DNA of 63,495 nucleotides, counting the filler, from an uncultured Thermoplasmatales archaeon (GTDB lineage: Archaea > Thermoplasmatota > E2 > DHVEG-1): assembly GCA_964517155.1 (NCBI GenBank). It is 5 parts of 5 records of this genome, joined end to end, with 100 filler letters (N's around TTAATTAATTAA, not from the genome) between each part and the next. Parts side by side here need not be neighbours in the genome. Positions count along the whole stretch, not along the records: positions 36,967 to 56,865 come from CAZFAZ010000077.1; 4 more parts are not named here. One strand, 5' to 3'. The translations under genes and the position numbers were made by a program. The notes under the pieces are model-generated. The model was not told the DNA's origin and searched no databases. It saw nothing but the letters and a program-made list of their open reading frames with translations. Below are positions 39,077 through 51,150 of the stretch, piece by piece (position 1 is the first letter of the stretch; each line of letters opens with the position of its first letter).

Positions 39077-40420
39077 CTAGGCCACCTCCTTTAAAACAGA
39101 TATAAGTTTTTCAAAATCTTCATCTGAATGCATCTCTGTTGTACCAACAAGTAAGCAATCTTTAAGCTCTTTGAAATCTTCTCCAAGCAAGGGCCCTATC
39201 TGAACATTTTTGTTTAAAAGTTTTTTAGCAATATTTTCTGGTTTATCCTTACATTTTATAACAAATTCATTAAAATGTAAACCTGTAAATCTTAAAGAAA
39301 AACCATCTAGTTTACTAATCATCTCTGCAAGTTTTTTTGCTTTTTCAAGATTTACTCTTGCAAGTTCATAAATGCCTTTACCACCAAGCCATGAAAGATG
39401 AACCGCTGCATTAAGCGAGCATAGTCCTTCATTTGTACAAATGTTACTGGTAGCTTTTGCCCGGCGTATATGCTGCTCACGAGTTTGCATAGCCATACAA
39501 AAACCGCGTTTACCTTCACTATCAACAGTTAAACCTATAACGCGACCCGGCATCTGACGAATATATTCTTTCTTACAAGCAAAAATACCAAGTCCACAAC
39601 CACCAAAATCCATAGGATTACCAAAAACACGACCTTCACCAATGACAATATCTGCTCCATATTCACCAGGTGATTTTACAACACCAAGAGATAAAGGATC
39701 AACTCCTACAACAAACAAAGAACCTGCATCTTTTACGATTTTGAAGATACTTTCTACTTCATCTTCAAAAACTCCAAAGAAATTTGGGTTTTCAATATAA
39801 ACACCAGCCGTGTTTTCATCAACTGTTTTTTTAAGTTCATCAATATTTATTTTACCTGTTTTTTCATCAAAACCAAGTTCTTTAACAGATACCTTTGGGC
39901 CAAGAGTATAGTTTTTCAAAACAGATTTCTTCTCCAATGAAATATTTCTGGGTATGATAAAAGTGCTTCTTTTTGTAACACGTGTACACATTAATGCTGC
40001 TTCAGAAAGACCTGTAACACCATCATATAAAGAACAATTGGAGGCATCCATGCCTGTAATCTCTGCAATCATGCTTTGATATTCAAACATAGCCTGTAAA
40101 AAGCCTTGACTTGCTTCTGCTTGATAAGGAGTGTACGCAGTATAAAATTCTGCACGTGATGTAATCGATTTAACAACAGGTGGAATATAATGATTTTTAA
40201 CTCCTGCACCTAAAAAACATAAAAATTCATTACATGATTTATTTTTTGATGCAATATCTCTTAGTTTTTTATCTGTTTGTTGTTGAGATATGCCTTCTGG
40301 TAAATCTAACTTTTTAAATTTTATTTTTTCAGGTATATCTGAGAATAATTCATCGATTTTTTTAAGACCAATGTCTCTTAGCATTTCATCTTTGATTTCT
40401 GAGTTTGGTACAAATTTCAT
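39077..40420 (-). CDS. gcvPA: Glycine dehydrogenase (decarboxylating) subunit 1
   Basis: [15 protein letters not shown] and [19 protein letters not shown]. Confidence 0.97.
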   Translation of the reverse strand: MKFVPNSEIKDEMLRDIGLKKIDELFSDIPEKIKFKKLDLPEGISQQQTDKKLRDIASKNKSCNEFLCFLGAGVKNHYIPPVVKSITSRAEFYTAYTPYQAEASQGFLQAMFEYQSMIAEITGMDASNCSLYDGVTGLSEAALMCTRVTKRSTFIIPRNISLEKKSVLKNYTLGPKVSVKELGFDEKTGKINIDELKKTVDENTAGVYIENPNFFGVFEDEVESIFKIVKDAGSLFVVGVDPLSLGVVKSPGEYGADIVIGEGRVFGNPMDFGGCGLGIFACKKEYIRQMPGRVIGLTVDSEGKRGFCMAMQTREQHIRRAKATSNICTNEGLCSLNAAVHLSWLGGKGIYELARVNLEKAKKLAEMISKLDGFSLRFTGLHFNEFVIKCKDKPENIAKKLLNKNVQIGPLLGEDFKELKDCLLVGTTEMHSDEDFEKLISVLKEVA

Positions 40421-40502
40421 AAAAACTCCTCAGTCAGGTATTAATAATATGTTAAAGAATCTTATTGTAAACTTTAAAATCATAATTGTTGTTTCACAAT
40501 AT

Positions 40503-41162
40503 ATGCCCAATTACAGTTTTAGTGAAGAATCAGACAAAAAGCTTGCTGTCGGTAAACTTGTTTGTCTTGCAAGAACTTATCATAAACATGCAAAAGAAAT
40601 GAATACAAAAGTTACAGAAACCCCTCTTCTTTTTTTAAAACCTGCAAGTTCTGTTATTTTTACAGGTAATTCTATTGTTATGCCAAGTATTTCTAAAAGT
40701 GTTCATCACGAAGTAGAGCTATGTATTATTATCTCTAAAAAATGCAGTAAAGTAAAAAGAGAAGATGCAATGAACTATGTTTTAGGATACTGTTTGGGTT
40801 TAGATATAACTGCTCGTGACATTCAAACAATTGCTAAGAAAAACGGTTGGCCATGGGGAATTGCAAAAGGATTTGATACATTTGCACCTATAAGCAGTGT
40901 TGTTTTAAAAGACAAAATAAAAAATCCTCAGAATCTTGATATCTGCCTTAAAGTAAATGGAGAGGTTCGTCAGAGTTCAAATACGAAATATATGATTTAT
41001 ACAATTGAAGAGATAATTGAGTTTATATCTAGTATCATGACACTTGAACCAGGTGATATGATTATGACTGGAACCCCTGAGGGTGTTGCAGAAATTAAAA
41101 AAGGTGACAAATTAGAAGCAAATCTTGGAGATATATGCTTTTTAAACATTAATGTAAAATGA
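40503..41162 (+). CDS. Fumarylacetoacetate hydrolase family protein
   Basis: FLKP.SS, HHEVEL, DITARD.Q, AKGFDTF and TGTPEGV; start at MPNYSF. Confidence 0.92.
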   Translation: MPNYSFSEESDKKLAVGKLVCLARTYHKHAKEMNTKVTETPLLFLKPASSVIFTGNSIVMPSISKSVHHEVELCIIISKKCSKVKREDAMNYVLGYCLGLDITARDIQTIAKKNGWPWGIAKGFDTFAPISSVVLKDKIKNPQNLDICLKVNGEVRQSSNTKYMIYTIEEIIEFISSIMTLEPGDMIMTGTPEGVAEIKKGDKLEANLGDICFLNINVK

Positions 41163-41256
41163 AAATATTGATTTTTTTTCAAATTATATTGAAAAATATT
41201 TAAATTAAAATTTTATTGGGAATCTTACTTTTCTTTATTTGGAGGAGGCAATATTC

Positions 41257-42435
41257 ATGAAAGATGTAGTAATTGTATCTGGTGTTAGAACTGCTCAGGG
41301 AAAGTTTGCAGGTGCCTTAAAAGATTTTTCAGCACCTCAGCTTGGCAGTATTGTACTCAAAGAAGCAGTTAAAAAAGCAAGCATTAAACCAAAAGATGTT
41401 GATGAAGTAATAATGGGTTGTGTAGTTCCCGCAGGCCTTGGTCAAAACGTTGCAAGACAAGCAGCGATAGGTGCAGGTATTCCCTATGAAGCAGGTGCGC
41501 TTCATGTCGATAAAGTCTGTGGCTCCAGTCTAAAAGCAGTTGTCCTTGCAACTCAAGCAATAAAATGTGGCGATGCAGAAATTATTATTGCTGGTGGAAT
41601 GGAGAGTATGAGCAATGTACCTTATACACTTCCAAAGGCACGCTATGGATACAGAATGTTTGACGGAAAAATCGTGGATTTAATGGTAAATGATGGATTA
41701 TGGGATATATACAACGATTTTCATATGGGAATGACCGGTGAAATAATTGCTGAGCGTCATAATTTAAATCGTGAAGAAATAGATGAGTTTGCAGCAGGCA
41801 GTCATCAAAAAGCAGAACATGCAACAGAAAAAGGTTATTTCAAAGAAGAGATAATTCCAGTTGAAATTCCTCAAAAAAAAGGTGACCCAATTATTTTTAG
41901 TAAAGATGAGGGAATTAGATACGGTACAAAAGTTGAAGATCTTGCTAAACTAAAACCGTTCTTTAAAAAAGATGGAGTAGTGACAGCAGGTAATGCCTCA
42001 CAGATTACAGATGGTGCAAGCGCAACTGTCGTCATGAGCAAAGATAAAGCAAAAGAACTTGGCATAAAACCACTTGCTACAATTAAAGGATACAACACAT
42101 CAGGTGTTAAACCAGAACTAGTAATGGAAGCACCAATTCCAGGTGTTACTGACTTATTGAAAGATATGAAACTAAAAATTAATGGTATCGACCTAGTAGA
42201 ACATAATGAAGCATTTTCATCAGCAAGCCTTGCTGTGATGAAACATTTTAAAATTCCAAAGGAAAAATTCAATATTCATGGTGGAGCTGTAGCAATAGGT
42301 CATCCAATCGGAAGTAGCGGCTCAAGAATTCTAATAACCTTAATACATGCAATGAACCGTATGAATAAAAAGCGTGGACTTGCAACTATATGTCTCGGTG
42401 GAGGAAACGCAGTTTCCATGATAATTGAAAGGTAG
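41257..42435 (+). CDS. thl: Acetyl-CoA C-acetyltransferase (thiolase)
   Basis: KVCGSS, NEAF, GHPIG and CLGGG; GGAGG SD. Confidence 0.95.
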   Translation: MKDVVIVSGVRTAQGKFAGALKDFSAPQLGSIVLKEAVKKASIKPKDVDEVIMGCVVPAGLGQNVARQAAIGAGIPYEAGALHVDKVCGSSLKAVVLATQAIKCGDAEIIIAGGMESMSNVPYTLPKARYGYRMFDGKIVDLMVNDGLWDIYNDFHMGMTGEIIAERHNLNREEIDEFAAGSHQKAEHATEKGYFKEEIIPVEIPQKKGDPIIFSKDEGIRYGTKVEDLAKLKPFFKKDGVVTAGNASQITDGASATVVMSKDKAKELGIKPLATIKGYNTSGVKPELVMEAPIPGVTDLLKDMKLKINGIDLVEHNEAFSSASLAVMKHFKIPKEKFNIHGGAVAIGHPIGSSGSRILITLIHAMNRMNKKRGLATICLGGGNAVSMIIER

Positions 42436-42446
42436 GTGATTTAAAA

Positions 42447-43301
42447 ATGGTTGTTAAAAAGATAGGTGTAATTGGCGCAGGACAAATGGGACATGGAATA
42501 GCACTTGTCTCTGCACAAGCAGGTTTTGAAGTGGTATTACGCGATATAAAAGAGGAATATATACAGAAAGGAATTAGCAAAATTGAAAGATTTTTAGATA
42601 AAAGTATTGAAAAAGCAAAAATTACAAATGAGGATAAGAAAAAAATAATGAGCAAGATTAAAGGTACAACTAAATTATCTGATATGAAAGATGCAGATCT
42701 TGTAATTGAAGCTATTTTTGAAAATGTAAAAGTTAAAAAAGAACTTTTTAAAGAACTTGACAGCATATGTAAAAAAGATTGTGTTCTTGCAAGTAACACT
42801 AGTACAATTCCAATAACTGACTTGGCATCTGTGACAAACAGACCTGAAAAATTTATTGGAATGCATTTTATGAATCCTGTACCAATAATGAAACTAGTTG
42901 AAGTAATTCGTGGTCTTAGAACAAATGATGCAACCAACAAACTCATACATGAATTATCAGAAAAAATGGGTAAAATTCCTGTTGAAGTAAATGACGGACC
43001 AGGATTTGTCAGCAACCGTCTTTTAATGCCTATGATAAATGAAGCGATAACTTGTCTTAACGAAGGAATAGGTACTGCAGAAAACATCGACCAAGTTATG
43101 AAACTAGGGATGAATCATCCAATGGGGCCACTTGCACTTGCTGATCTAATTGGTCTTGATGTCGTACTTAACATTATGAATGTATTGTATGATGGATTTA
43201 ATGATTCAAAATATAGACCAAATCCATTATTAAAAAAGATGGTTCAAGCAGGTTATCTTGGTCGTAAAACCGGAAAAGGATTTTATGATTATTCAAAATA
43301 A
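42447..43301 (+). CDS. hbd: 3-hydroxybutyryl-CoA dehydrogenase
   Basis: GAGQMG, SNTS, GMHFMNP and HPMGP motifs. Confidence 0.93.
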   Translation: MVVKKIGVIGAGQMGHGIALVSAQAGFEVVLRDIKEEYIQKGISKIERFLDKSIEKAKITNEDKKKIMSKIKGTTKLSDMKDADLVIEAIFENVKVKKELFKELDSICKKDCVLASNTSTIPITDLASVTNRPEKFIGMHFMNPVPIMKLVEVIRGLRTNDATNKLIHELSEKMGKIPVEVNDGPGFVSNRLLMPMINEAITCLNEGIGTAENIDQVMKLGMNHPMGPLALADLIGLDVVLNIMNVLYDGFNDSKYRPNPLLKKMVQAGYLGRKTGKGFYDYSK

Positions 43302-43310
43302 GGTGAAAAA

Positions 43311-44090
43311 ATGGCTTATAAAAATATTGTTTTAGAAAAAAAAGATGGTGTTGGAATCATCAAAATCAACAGACCAAAGGTCTTAAACGCTCTTGATAGA
43401 GAGACAATACGTGAACTTTTAAGAGCAGTTGAAGAACTTGAAGACGATAAAAAAATAAAAGCAGCAATTCTCACAGGAGAAGGAAAAGCATTCATCGCTG
43501 GAGCAGATATTAAACAAATGAAGGATATGAGTCCGCTTGAAGCAAAAGAATTTGCAGAACTCGGTCATAGCCTTCCAATGAAAATAGAAGATTCACGCTT
43601 GCCGTTTATAGCCGCAGTAAATGGGTATGCACTTGGTGGCGGCTGCGAGGTTATGATGGCATGTGATATCTGTATTGCTGCAAAAAGTGCAAAAATCGGT
43701 CAGCCTGAGATTAACCTTGGAATAAACCCCGGATTTGGCGGGACACAAAGACTTCCAAGAATCGTTGGTCTTATGAAAGCAAAAGAATTACTTCTTACAG
43801 GCCGAAATATGGATGCACAAGAGGCATATGAAATTGGCCTTGTAAATAAAATAGTAGATAATGAAAAACTAATGGAAGAGGTAGAAAAACTTGCGACAAA
43901 TATTGCAAGTAAATCTTCTGTTCAATCATCATTTATAAAAGCACTTGTAAACAAAGGTTCACATATCGATCTTACCAGTGCTTGTGCTCTTGAAATATCT
44001 TATTTCTCAACTAGTTTTTCAACATATGATCAAAAAGAAGGAATGAATGCATTTATAGATAAACGCAAACCAAATTTTAAAGGAGAATAA
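43311..44090 (+). CDS. crt: Enoyl-CoA hydratase (crotonase)
   Basis: AFIAGADI, ALGGGCE and QPEINLG.NPGFGGTQRL. Confidence 0.93.
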   Translation: MAYKNIVLEKKDGVGIIKINRPKVLNALDRETIRELLRAVEELEDDKKIKAAILTGEGKAFIAGADIKQMKDMSPLEAKEFAELGHSLPMKIEDSRLPFIAAVNGYALGGGCEVMMACDICIAAKSAKIGQPEINLGINPGFGGTQRLPRIVGLMKAKELLLTGRNMDAQEAYEIGLVNKIVDNEKLMEEVEKLATNIASKSSVQSSFIKALVNKGSHIDLTSACALEISYFSTSFSTYDQKEGMNAFIDKRKPNFKGE

Positions 44091-44103
44091 AAATATCTCC
44101 CTT

Positions 44104-44592
44104 TTATTCAAATTTTGTAATAGTTCCGTAAATGTAAAAGTTTGGACCTATTATTGCAGATATTCTCCAATAAAAATGCTGTGTTTCATTTACGCCGCCT
44201 AAGCCTACTACAAATGTTCCATTGCCTGTGGCTATGTCTTGTACTCCACCTATTAAAAATGGACCAAAAGCCCAAGTTGAAATGTTACACATTGGTTCTG
44301 TTTCGTTATTTTTACCATATACTCCTTGCATTCTAAAGAAAAAAGCATCTGAGTAATATCCTTCAATCCATCCTGCAGGTTCTAAAGGCACACCTAAAAC
44401 ATTAAGGCCCCATACACCTGAAAAATTACCTACCGCCCATTCAGGAACCTCAGTTGTGTTATTAATTCCAGTTGAAGATACTTTATAATTTTTTATGTTT
44501 TTTATTGTTGGCACTGATATCGAGTATGACAACGATATAGGCATGCATAACAATAAAACAATTATACCTATCATTATTATTTTTTTATTCAT
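44104..44592 (-). CDS. Secreted Gly-rich hypothetical protein
   Basis: Signal peptide; GNFSGVWG motif. Confidence 0.75.
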   Translation of the reverse strand: MNKKIIMIGIIVLLLCMPISLSYSISVPTIKNIKNYKVSSTGINNTTEVPEWAVGNFSGVWGLNVLGVPLEPAGWIEGYYSDAFFFRMQGVYGKNNETEPMCNISTWAFGPFLIGGVQDIATGNGTFVVGLGGVNETQHFYWRISAIIGPNFYIYGTITKFE

Positions 44593-44663
44593 CTTGTTAC
44601 CTCGTTATAACTTAGTAATAGATAGACTTATTAATATATTTTATTATGATTAAAAATTACTGA

Positions 44664-45605
44664 TTATTTCAAAATTTTACCCAATATCTCCTCAGCAGCA
44701 GTATAGGGATCTACTTGTTTTTTACTAATCCTATCAAGTAATTTTTCTATTTTTTCTTTAAACGTGCTTTCATCAAAAATAAAAGTCATAAGCCTTTTTC
44801 TTATAATTTCAACAAGTTCTGCTTCATAACGCATTCTTCTTTGTTTTTCAAATTCCTTTGTTTTTACAAGATATTTTTTATGAGTATCAATTTCTTTTAA
44901 AAGTTCATTTATTCCTTTACCCTGTTTTGCAACTGTCGAAAGAACTGGTATTTTACGTTCTTTTCCAGAACAAGTAATATCTACTAAAGATTCAACTTCT
45001 GCAACAGTCTGCTCAACACCTGGCCTATCTGCTTTGTTTACAACATAAATATCAGCAATTTCCATAACACCTGCTTTTAATGTTTGAATACTATCACCAA
45101 GACCGGGAACAACAACTACAAGAGTAGTATCAGCAATTTTTATGATATCTACTTCAGCCTGTCCCACTCCTACAGTTTCAACAATTACAATATCACATCC
45201 CGAGGCATCCAAGATTTCCACAACATCATAAACAGCACTAGTAAGACCACCTAGCATTCCCCGGGTTCCCATACTACGAATGAAAACACCTTCATCCATA
45301 GATAGTTCTGCCATACGAACCCTGTCACCAAGAAGTGCACCACCGCTAAAGGGACTTGTTGGATCTATTGCAATAATTCCTACTTTTTTTGCTTGTTTTC
45401 TATAAAGCCTTGTAAGCTCACAAATAAGAGTACTCTTGCCGCTACCCATAACACCAGTAATACCTATAACATGTGCTTTACCTGTATGAGGATGAATATT
45501 TTTCATAGCACTAACTGCAGCAGAATCATTATTTTCTGCAAGAGTAATAAGACGTGCAATACTTCTTGAATCGCCCTGTAAAACTTTACTTTCTAAATTA
45601 TTCAT
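44664..45605 (-). CDS. meaB: Acyl-CoA mutase-associated GTPase chaperone MeaB/ArgK
   Basis: [31 protein letters not shown] and NKAD. Confidence 0.95.
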   Translation of the reverse strand: MNNLESKVLQGDSRSIARLITLAENNDSAAVSAMKNIHPHTGKAHVIGITGVMGSGKSTLICELTRLYRKQAKKVGIIAIDPTSPFSGGALLGDRVRMAELSMDEGVFIRSMGTRGMLGGLTSAVYDVVEILDASGCDIVIVETVGVGQAEVDIIKIADTTLVVVVPGLGDSIQTLKAGVMEIADIYVVNKADRPGVEQTVAEVESLVDITCSGKERKIPVLSTVAKQGKGINELLKEIDTHKKYLVKTKEFEKQRRMRYEAELVEIIRKRLMTFIFDESTFKEKIEKLLDRISKKQVDPYTAAEEILGKILK

Positions 45606-45997
45606 TTTTTCACGTTCTTCTTGATATAATCAACAATATCTTCACATGGCGTACCAGGGCCAAAAACACCAGAAATTCCTTCTTTTTTTAGTTTAGGTAC
45701 ATCTCCTTCAGGTATAATCCCGCCGCCAATAACAAGTACATCATTCATACCCTTCTTCTTCAATAAACGAGTAACATCAACAAACAAAGTCATATGAGCA
45801 CCACTCAGAAGACTTAAGCCTACTACATCAACATCCTCCTGAATTGCTGCTTCAACAATCATATCTGCAGTCTGATGAAGACCAGTATAAATTACTTCCA
45901 TTCCTGCATCACGAAGTGCTCTTGCAACAATCTTTGCGCCTCTATCATGACCATCAAGACCAGGTTTTGCAACAAGTACTCTAATTTTCTTTTCCAT
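45602..45997 (-). CDS. icmB: Cobalamin-binding small subunit of acyl-CoA mutase
   Basis: [12 protein letters not shown] (DxHxxG), S.L.GAH, GGIIP; the icm symbol is inferred from the partner subunit. Confidence 0.85.
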   Translation of the reverse strand: MEKKIRVLVAKPGLDGHDRGAKIVARALRDAGMEVIYTGLHQTADMIVEAAIQEDVDVVGLSLLSGAHMTLFVDVTRLLKKKGMNDVLVIGGGIIPEGDVPKLKKEGISGVFGPGTPCEDIVDYIKKNVKK

Positions 45998-46009
45998 TAT
46001 TATTTCACC

Positions 46010-47686
46010 TCAATAAATAGCAACTTCCTCATATTCACCAAATACATCACGCAATACTTGGCAGGTTTCACCAAGAGTAGCATAAGAATGAACACAATTA
46101 AGAATATAAGGCATCATATTTTGACTACCTTCTGCTGCTTTTCTAAGCCTTTCAAGATTACGTTCAAACTTATTTTTATCCCTATCTTTCCTTAGTTTTT
46201 TCAATCGATTAATCTGTCGCTCTTCACCTTTTTCATCCATTTTAAGAATAGGGATATCAACAGGTTCTTGAGTTTGATAATTATTAACACCAACAATGGT
46301 TCTTTTACCCTCATCTATTTCTTTTTGATATTTATAGGCTGCATTTGCTATTTCACGCTGATAAAAACCTTTTTCTATAGCAGATAAAACTCCGCCAAGT
46401 TTTTCTACTCGATCCCAGTATTTGTAGGTCTGCTCCTCCATTTCATCTGTAAGCCATTCTATATAATAAGAGCCCCCCAAAGGATCAATTGTATCTGTAA
46501 CACCACTTTCTTCTGCAATAATCTGCTGAGTCCTAAGAGCAATTCTAACTGCTTTTTCAGATGGAAGAGCAAGTGCTTCATCCATACTATTTGTATGAAG
46601 ACTCTGTGTTCCTCCAATTACTGCTGCAAGAGCTTGCATGGTTACACGAACAATGTTGATTTCAGGTTGTTGAGCAGTAAGCGAACATCCTGCAGTCTGT
46701 GTATGAAAACGCATAAGCATACTTCGATTCTTTTTAGCACCAAGTTTTTTTAGCTCTTTTGCCCAAATCCTTCTAGCAGCACGATACTTTGCAATCTCTT
46801 CAAAAAAATCGTTATGAGCATTAAAAAAGAAACTTAGCCTCGGTGCAAAATCATCAATTTTAAGACCACGCTTTAAAGCCCATTTAACATATTCAATACC
46901 ATCACCAACAGTAAAAGCTAACTCCTGAACCGCTGTAGACCCCGCCTCACGTATATGATAACCAGAAATGCTAATTGTATTCCACCTAGGAACATATTTA
47001 CATCCATATTCAAATGTATCAACAATCAATCGCATAGAGGGCTCTGGTGGAAAAATATAGCTTTTCTGAGCAATATACTCCTTTAGTATATCATTTTGAA
47101 TAGTACCACCAATTACATCTTTTGAAATACCGCGGTTCTCAGCATTTGCAATATAAAAAGCCCAAACAATTGCTGCAGGACCATTAATAGTCATACTAGT
47201 AGTAACTTTATCAATTGGAATGTCACTAAACAAAATTTCCATATCTTCAAGACTGGATACTGCAACACCGCATTTGCCAAACTCCCCGCGAGACATAGGA
47301 TGATCTGTATCATAACCATAAAGCGTTGGATAATCAAAAGCTACACTAAGACCTGTTTCACCATGCCCAAGTAAATATTTGTAACGCTGGTTTGTCTCTT
47401 CAGCGCTACCAAAACCTGCAAATTGTCTCATAGTCCAAAGCCGGCCACGATGCATTGTAGGATATACACCACGAAGAAAAGGATATTCTCCTGGAAAACC
47501 TATATCTTTTATATACTCCAAACAAGAAACATCTAAAGGAGTATACAATTTTTTAATTTCATTGCTGGAAAAATTTTCAAATTTTTCTTTTCGCTCAGGT
47601 TGTTTTTTGATAGTTTTAGAATAAGACTCTTTTTCCCATTTGTCTTTTTCTTGTTTGATTTTATCAAGTTCTTTTTTATCAAACAC
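46010..47686 (-). CDS. icmA: Acyl-CoA mutase large subunit (methylmalonyl-CoA mutase family), isobutyryl-CoA mutase-type residues
   Basis: RQFAGFG (Phe at MCM Tyr89) and ILKEYIAQK (Gln at MCM Arg207). Confidence 0.8.
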   Translation of the reverse strand: MFDKKELDKIKQEKDKWEKESYSKTIKKQPERKEKFENFSSNEIKKLYTPLDVSCLEYIKDIGFPGEYPFLRGVYPTMHRGRLWTMRQFAGFGSAEETNQRYKYLLGHGETGLSVAFDYPTLYGYDTDHPMSRGEFGKCGVAVSSLEDMEILFSDIPIDKVTTSMTINGPAAIVWAFYIANAENRGISKDVIGGTIQNDILKEYIAQKSYIFPPEPSMRLIVDTFEYGCKYVPRWNTISISGYHIREAGSTAVQELAFTVGDGIEYVKWALKRGLKIDDFAPRLSFFFNAHNDFFEEIAKYRAARRIWAKELKKLGAKKNRSMLMRFHTQTAGCSLTAQQPEINIVRVTMQALAAVIGGTQSLHTNSMDEALALPSEKAVRIALRTQQIIAEESGVTDTIDPLGGSYYIEWLTDEMEEQTYKYWDRVEKLGGVLSAIEKGFYQREIANAAYKYQKEIDEGKRTIVGVNNYQTQEPVDIPILKMDEKGEERQINRLKKLRKDRDKNKFERNLERLRKAAEGSQNMMPYILNCVHSYATLGETCQVLRDVFGEYEEVAIY

Positions 47687-47704
47687 AAATTTAGCCTCCA
47701 GTTT

Positions 47705-48223
47705 TTAGAAATCAAATCCTTTTCTTGCTTGAACACCTTTTTGATATGGATGCATTATCTCAAGCATCTCTGTTACATAATCTGCAGATTCTACTATCTT
47801 AGGATTAGCGTAGCGACCTGTTAATACAAGCTCTAATTTTTCAGGTTTTTCTTGTATAAGTCTTAATACATCTTGTATAGCAATTAACCTAAAATCAACT
47901 GCCACATTTATTTCATCAAGGATTATTATATCATATTTATTAGATTTTATTATTTCTTCTGCGTGTTTGAATCCTTCCCAAGCCATATCAATATCTATTT
48001 TCTCAGGATTATCCTTGTTTACAAATTCATCACGACCATGCTGAGAATAAGTAAAATTTTTAAGCTTATCAATTGTGTTTAGTTCACTGTATTTTCTTCC
48101 TTTCATAAACTGTAGCATATGTACTTTTAAACCTGCACCAGCAGCTCTTATCCCAAGGCCAATTGCAGAGGTTGTTTTGCCTTTACCATTACCTGTATAC
48201 ACATGAACGTATCCTTTTTGCAA
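47705..48223 (-). CDS. cobO: Cob(I)alamin adenosyltransferase (CobO/BtuR type)
   Basis: YTGNGKGKTT, QFMKG, LDE, TGR and HPY motifs. Confidence 0.93.
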   Translation of the reverse strand: MQKGYVHVYTGNGKGKTTSAIGLGIRAAGAGLKVHMLQFMKGRKYSELNTIDKLKNFTYSQHGRDEFVNKDNPEKIDIDMAWEGFKHAEEIIKSNKYDIIILDEINVAVDFRLIAIQDVLRLIQEKPEKLELVLTGRYANPKIVESADYVTEMLEIMHPYQKGVQARKGFDF

Positions 48224-48339
48224 AGAAATCTCCCCCCATGAATAGAATTATTTGTTATATTTCTTTTCTTATATTTCTATTATTTTTCTACTATTGACAT
48301 ATAGAAACCTTTATGTTTACTAATTTTATTCGAACCTCC

Positions 48340-49479
48340 ATGAAACTAGAACTTAATGATCAACAAAAAATGATTAAAAAAATGGTACAAGAATTTGCTG
48401 AAAAAGAAATTGGCCCAGTTGCAGCTGACCTTGATAAAACTGGAGAATACCCAACAAAAATTCTTGAGAAAATGGCAAAACTCGGACTTTTAGGGATAAT
48501 TATACCAACTGAGCATGGTGGAGCTGGCCTTGATGTTATCAGTTATGTAACTGTAATTGAGGAAATATCAAAGAAATGTGCTTCAACCGGTGTTATTACA
48601 TCGGTTCATAACTCACTAGTTGCGTATCCAATTATGAAGTATGGTACTGAGGAACAAAAAAAGAAATATTTACCAATTCTAGCAAAAGGAGAAAAAATCG
48701 GTGCTTTTGCAGGAACAGAGCCAAATGCAGGATCTGATTTAGGTGCAATGCAAACAAAGGCAGAACTTAAAGGTGATAAATACGTTATAAATGGCGATAA
48801 AACTTTTATTACTAGTGGAGACAAAGCAGGCATATTTATAGTATTTGCAGTAACAAACAAAGAAGCAGGTGCAAAAGGTATAAGTGCTTTTATTGTTGAA
48901 AGTAACACACCAGGATTTAAAGTCGGTAGCCTCTTTGATAAAATGGGCATTAATGCCAACCATGTAACAGAACTAATTTTTGAAAACATGAAAGTTCCAA
49001 AAGAAAATCTATTAGGAAAAGAAGGCGAAGGTTTTAAAATAGCATTAAGTACACTTGATGGCGGTAGAATCGGAATAGCTGCACAAGCAGTTGGCATCGC
49101 ACAAGCTGCTCTCGATGAAAGCATTGAATATTCAATGCAGCGTCAACAATTTGGCAGACCAATTGCAAAATTCCAGGCAATTCAATGGATGATAGCAGAT
49201 ATGGCAACTCGTATTGAAGCAGCTAGATATCTAGTTTTAAATGCAGCTTATCAAAAAGACAAAGGTGAAAGATTCAGTAAAGAAGCTGCGATGGCAAAGC
49301 TTTTTGCATCTGAAACTGCAATGGAATGTGTAATTAAAGGACTGCAGATCCACGGTGGTTATGGCTATACTAAAGAATACACTATTGAGCGACTCTTTAG
49401 AGATGCAAAAATAACTGAAATTTATGAAGGCACATCTGAAGTTCAAAGAATGGTTATAGCAGGAAGCTTACTTCGCTAA
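48340..49479 (+). CDS. Short-chain acyl-CoA dehydrogenase (butyryl-CoA dehydrogenase-like)
   Basis: TEPNAGSD, GRIGIA, QIHGGYGY and IYEGTSEVQ. Confidence 0.93.
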   Translation: MKLELNDQQKMIKKMVQEFAEKEIGPVAADLDKTGEYPTKILEKMAKLGLLGIIIPTEHGGAGLDVISYVTVIEEISKKCASTGVITSVHNSLVAYPIMKYGTEEQKKKYLPILAKGEKIGAFAGTEPNAGSDLGAMQTKAELKGDKYVINGDKTFITSGDKAGIFIVFAVTNKEAGAKGISAFIVESNTPGFKVGSLFDKMGINANHVTELIFENMKVPKENLLGKEGEGFKIALSTLDGGRIGIAAQAVGIAQAALDESIEYSMQRQQFGRPIAKFQAIQWMIADMATRIEAARYLVLNAAYQKDKGERFSKEAAMAKLFASETAMECVIKGLQIHGGYGYTKEYTIERLFRDAKITEIYEGTSEVQRMVIAGSLLR

Positions 49480-49515
49480 ACCATTTTTTATCTTAATTTA
49501 TCTGAGGTAATAAAC

Positions 49516-51150
49516 ATGGGGGAGTTTAACTATGAAAAAGAAGCTAGTAATTGGAACTGGGACATTCCTGAATATTACAATATTGGTTATGACTGTATAG
49601 ATAAACACGCAGAAGGAAAAAACAAAGATAAAATCGCTCTTTTATGGGAAAATGAAAAAGGCGATACAGAAAAATACACTTTTTTAGAATTAAAGAAACT
49701 TTCTAATAAATTTGGAAATATTTTACGCGATCTTGGTTTTAAAAAAGGCGATCGTTTTTTGATTCGTTTGCCAAATATCCCTGCTTTTCAAATATCATTT
49801 ATAGGCGGAGTTAAAATCGGTGCTGTACCAATTCCATCTAGTGTAATGTTTAGAGCTCATGAAGTAGAGTACCGGATAAATGACAGCGAGTCAAAAGCTG
49901 TTATTACAACTGCAAAATATGCTGATGTAGTAAGAGAGATAAAAGATAAATGCCCAAGTCTTAAACATATAATTATTGTTGATAATCCTGGAAAAGGAGA
50001 AGTTTCATACAGAGATTTAATGACTTCTGCATCTGAAAAACTTACTCTTGAAAAAACAAAAAAAGAGGATATGGCATTTTTCTGTTACACATCTGGCACT
50101 ACTGGAAACCCAAAAGGTGCTGTTCATCTGCATCGCTGGGTTATAGGAAATGATCCAAGTGTATTATATTGGCAGAATGCAAAAGAAGACGATATTATAG
50201 GTCATACCGGCGATCTTTCATGGATTTTCCCACTTGGAAACGGATTTTTGTATGTCTGGAGGCATGGCGTTACAACATTTGTATATAATGGTAAGTTTGA
50301 CCCTGAGAAATGGTTTAAATTAATTGAAAAATACAAAATTACAAATCTTGCAAGTGTACCTACTTGTTATCGTTTGTTTGTAACAATTAAAGATGCTGAA
50401 AACAGATATGATCTCTCGAGTTTAAGACATTGTATATCTGCAGGTGAACCACTTAACCCTGAAGTAATCAAAGAATGGAAAGAACGCTTTGGCCTTGATA
50501 TATACGATGGAATCGGAATGACTGAAGTCATGGTTTATCTTTCAAACATGCGTGATATGAACATTAAACCTGGTTCATGTGGAAGACCACAACCTGGTAA
50601 AATGTGTGATATAATAGATGAAAAAGGAAATATCATGCCGCCAGGAAAACCTGGCATGCTTGCAGTAAAAAAAACAGATCCAGGTCTTTTAAAAGAATAT
50701 TGGAATAAACCAGATAAAACAAAGGAAAGCTTCAGAGGAGATTGGTTTATCACAGGGGACGTGCTTTACAAGGATGAAGAGGGCTATTTTTGGTTCAGCG
50801 GCCGTGATGATGATCTTATTATGGCTGCAGGATATCGTATTTCACCTTTTGAAGTAGAATCAGCAATCATCGAGCATCCTGATGTACTTGAGGCTGCAGT
50901 TGTTGCAAGTCCAGATAGAATTCGTGGCGTTATTGTTAAAGCATTTATTATTTTAAAAGACAAGACAAAAGCATCAAATGCTCTTGTCAAAGATATTCAG
51001 GAGCACACAAAAATGGTCGCTGCTCCTTATAAATATCCAAGGGAAATTGAGTTTGTAGATGAACTTCCAAAAACTCAAAGTGGTAAAATCAAAAGAAAGA
51101 ATTTAAGAGAACAAGAAATTGAAAGAAAATTAGGAGGAAAAACGTTATGA
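49516..51150 (+). CDS. AMP-forming short/medium-chain acyl-CoA synthetase
   Basis: YTSGTTGNPKG, SAGEPLN, GR.DD and PKTQSGKI. Confidence 0.92.
   Translation: MGEFNYEKEASNWNWDIPEYYNIGYDCIDKHAEGKNKDKIALLWENEKGDTEKYTFLELKKLSNKFGNILRDLGFKKGDRFLIRLPNIPAFQISFIGGVKIGAVPIPSSVMFRAHEVEYRINDSESKAVITTAKYADVVREIKDKCPSLKHIIIVDNPGKGEVSYRDLMTSASEKLTLEKTKKEDMAFFCYTSGTTGNPKGAVHLHRWVIGNDPSVLYWQNAKEDDIIGHTGDLSWIFPLGNGFLYVWRHGVTTFVYNGKFDPEKWFKLIEKYKITNLASVPTCYRLFVTIKDAENRYDLSSLRHCISAGEPLNPEVIKEWKERFGLDIYDGIGMTEVMVYLSNMRDMNIKPGSCGRPQPGKMCDIIDEKGNIMPPGKPGMLAVKKTDPGLLKEYWNKPDKTKESFRGDWFITGDVLYKDEEGYFWFSGRDDDLIMAAGYRISPFEVESAIIEHPDVLEAAVVASPDRIRGVIVKAFIILKDKTKASNALVKDIQEHTKMVAAPYKYPREIEFVDELPKTQSGKIKRKNLREQEIERKLGGKTL

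Noticed and set aside
40290..40502. 71-aa N-terminal extension of the FAH protein
   Set aside because: Overlaps gcvPA antisense; the family-like sequence starts at ATG 40503
42386..43087. Long antisense ORFs (also 9371..9883, 48606..49124, 58833..59273 and similar)
   Set aside because: Shadow frames of well-supported genes, with no motifs of their own
46010..47686. Plain methylmalonyl-CoA mutase annotation
   Set aside because: The carboxylate-binding Tyr and Arg are replaced by Phe and Gln
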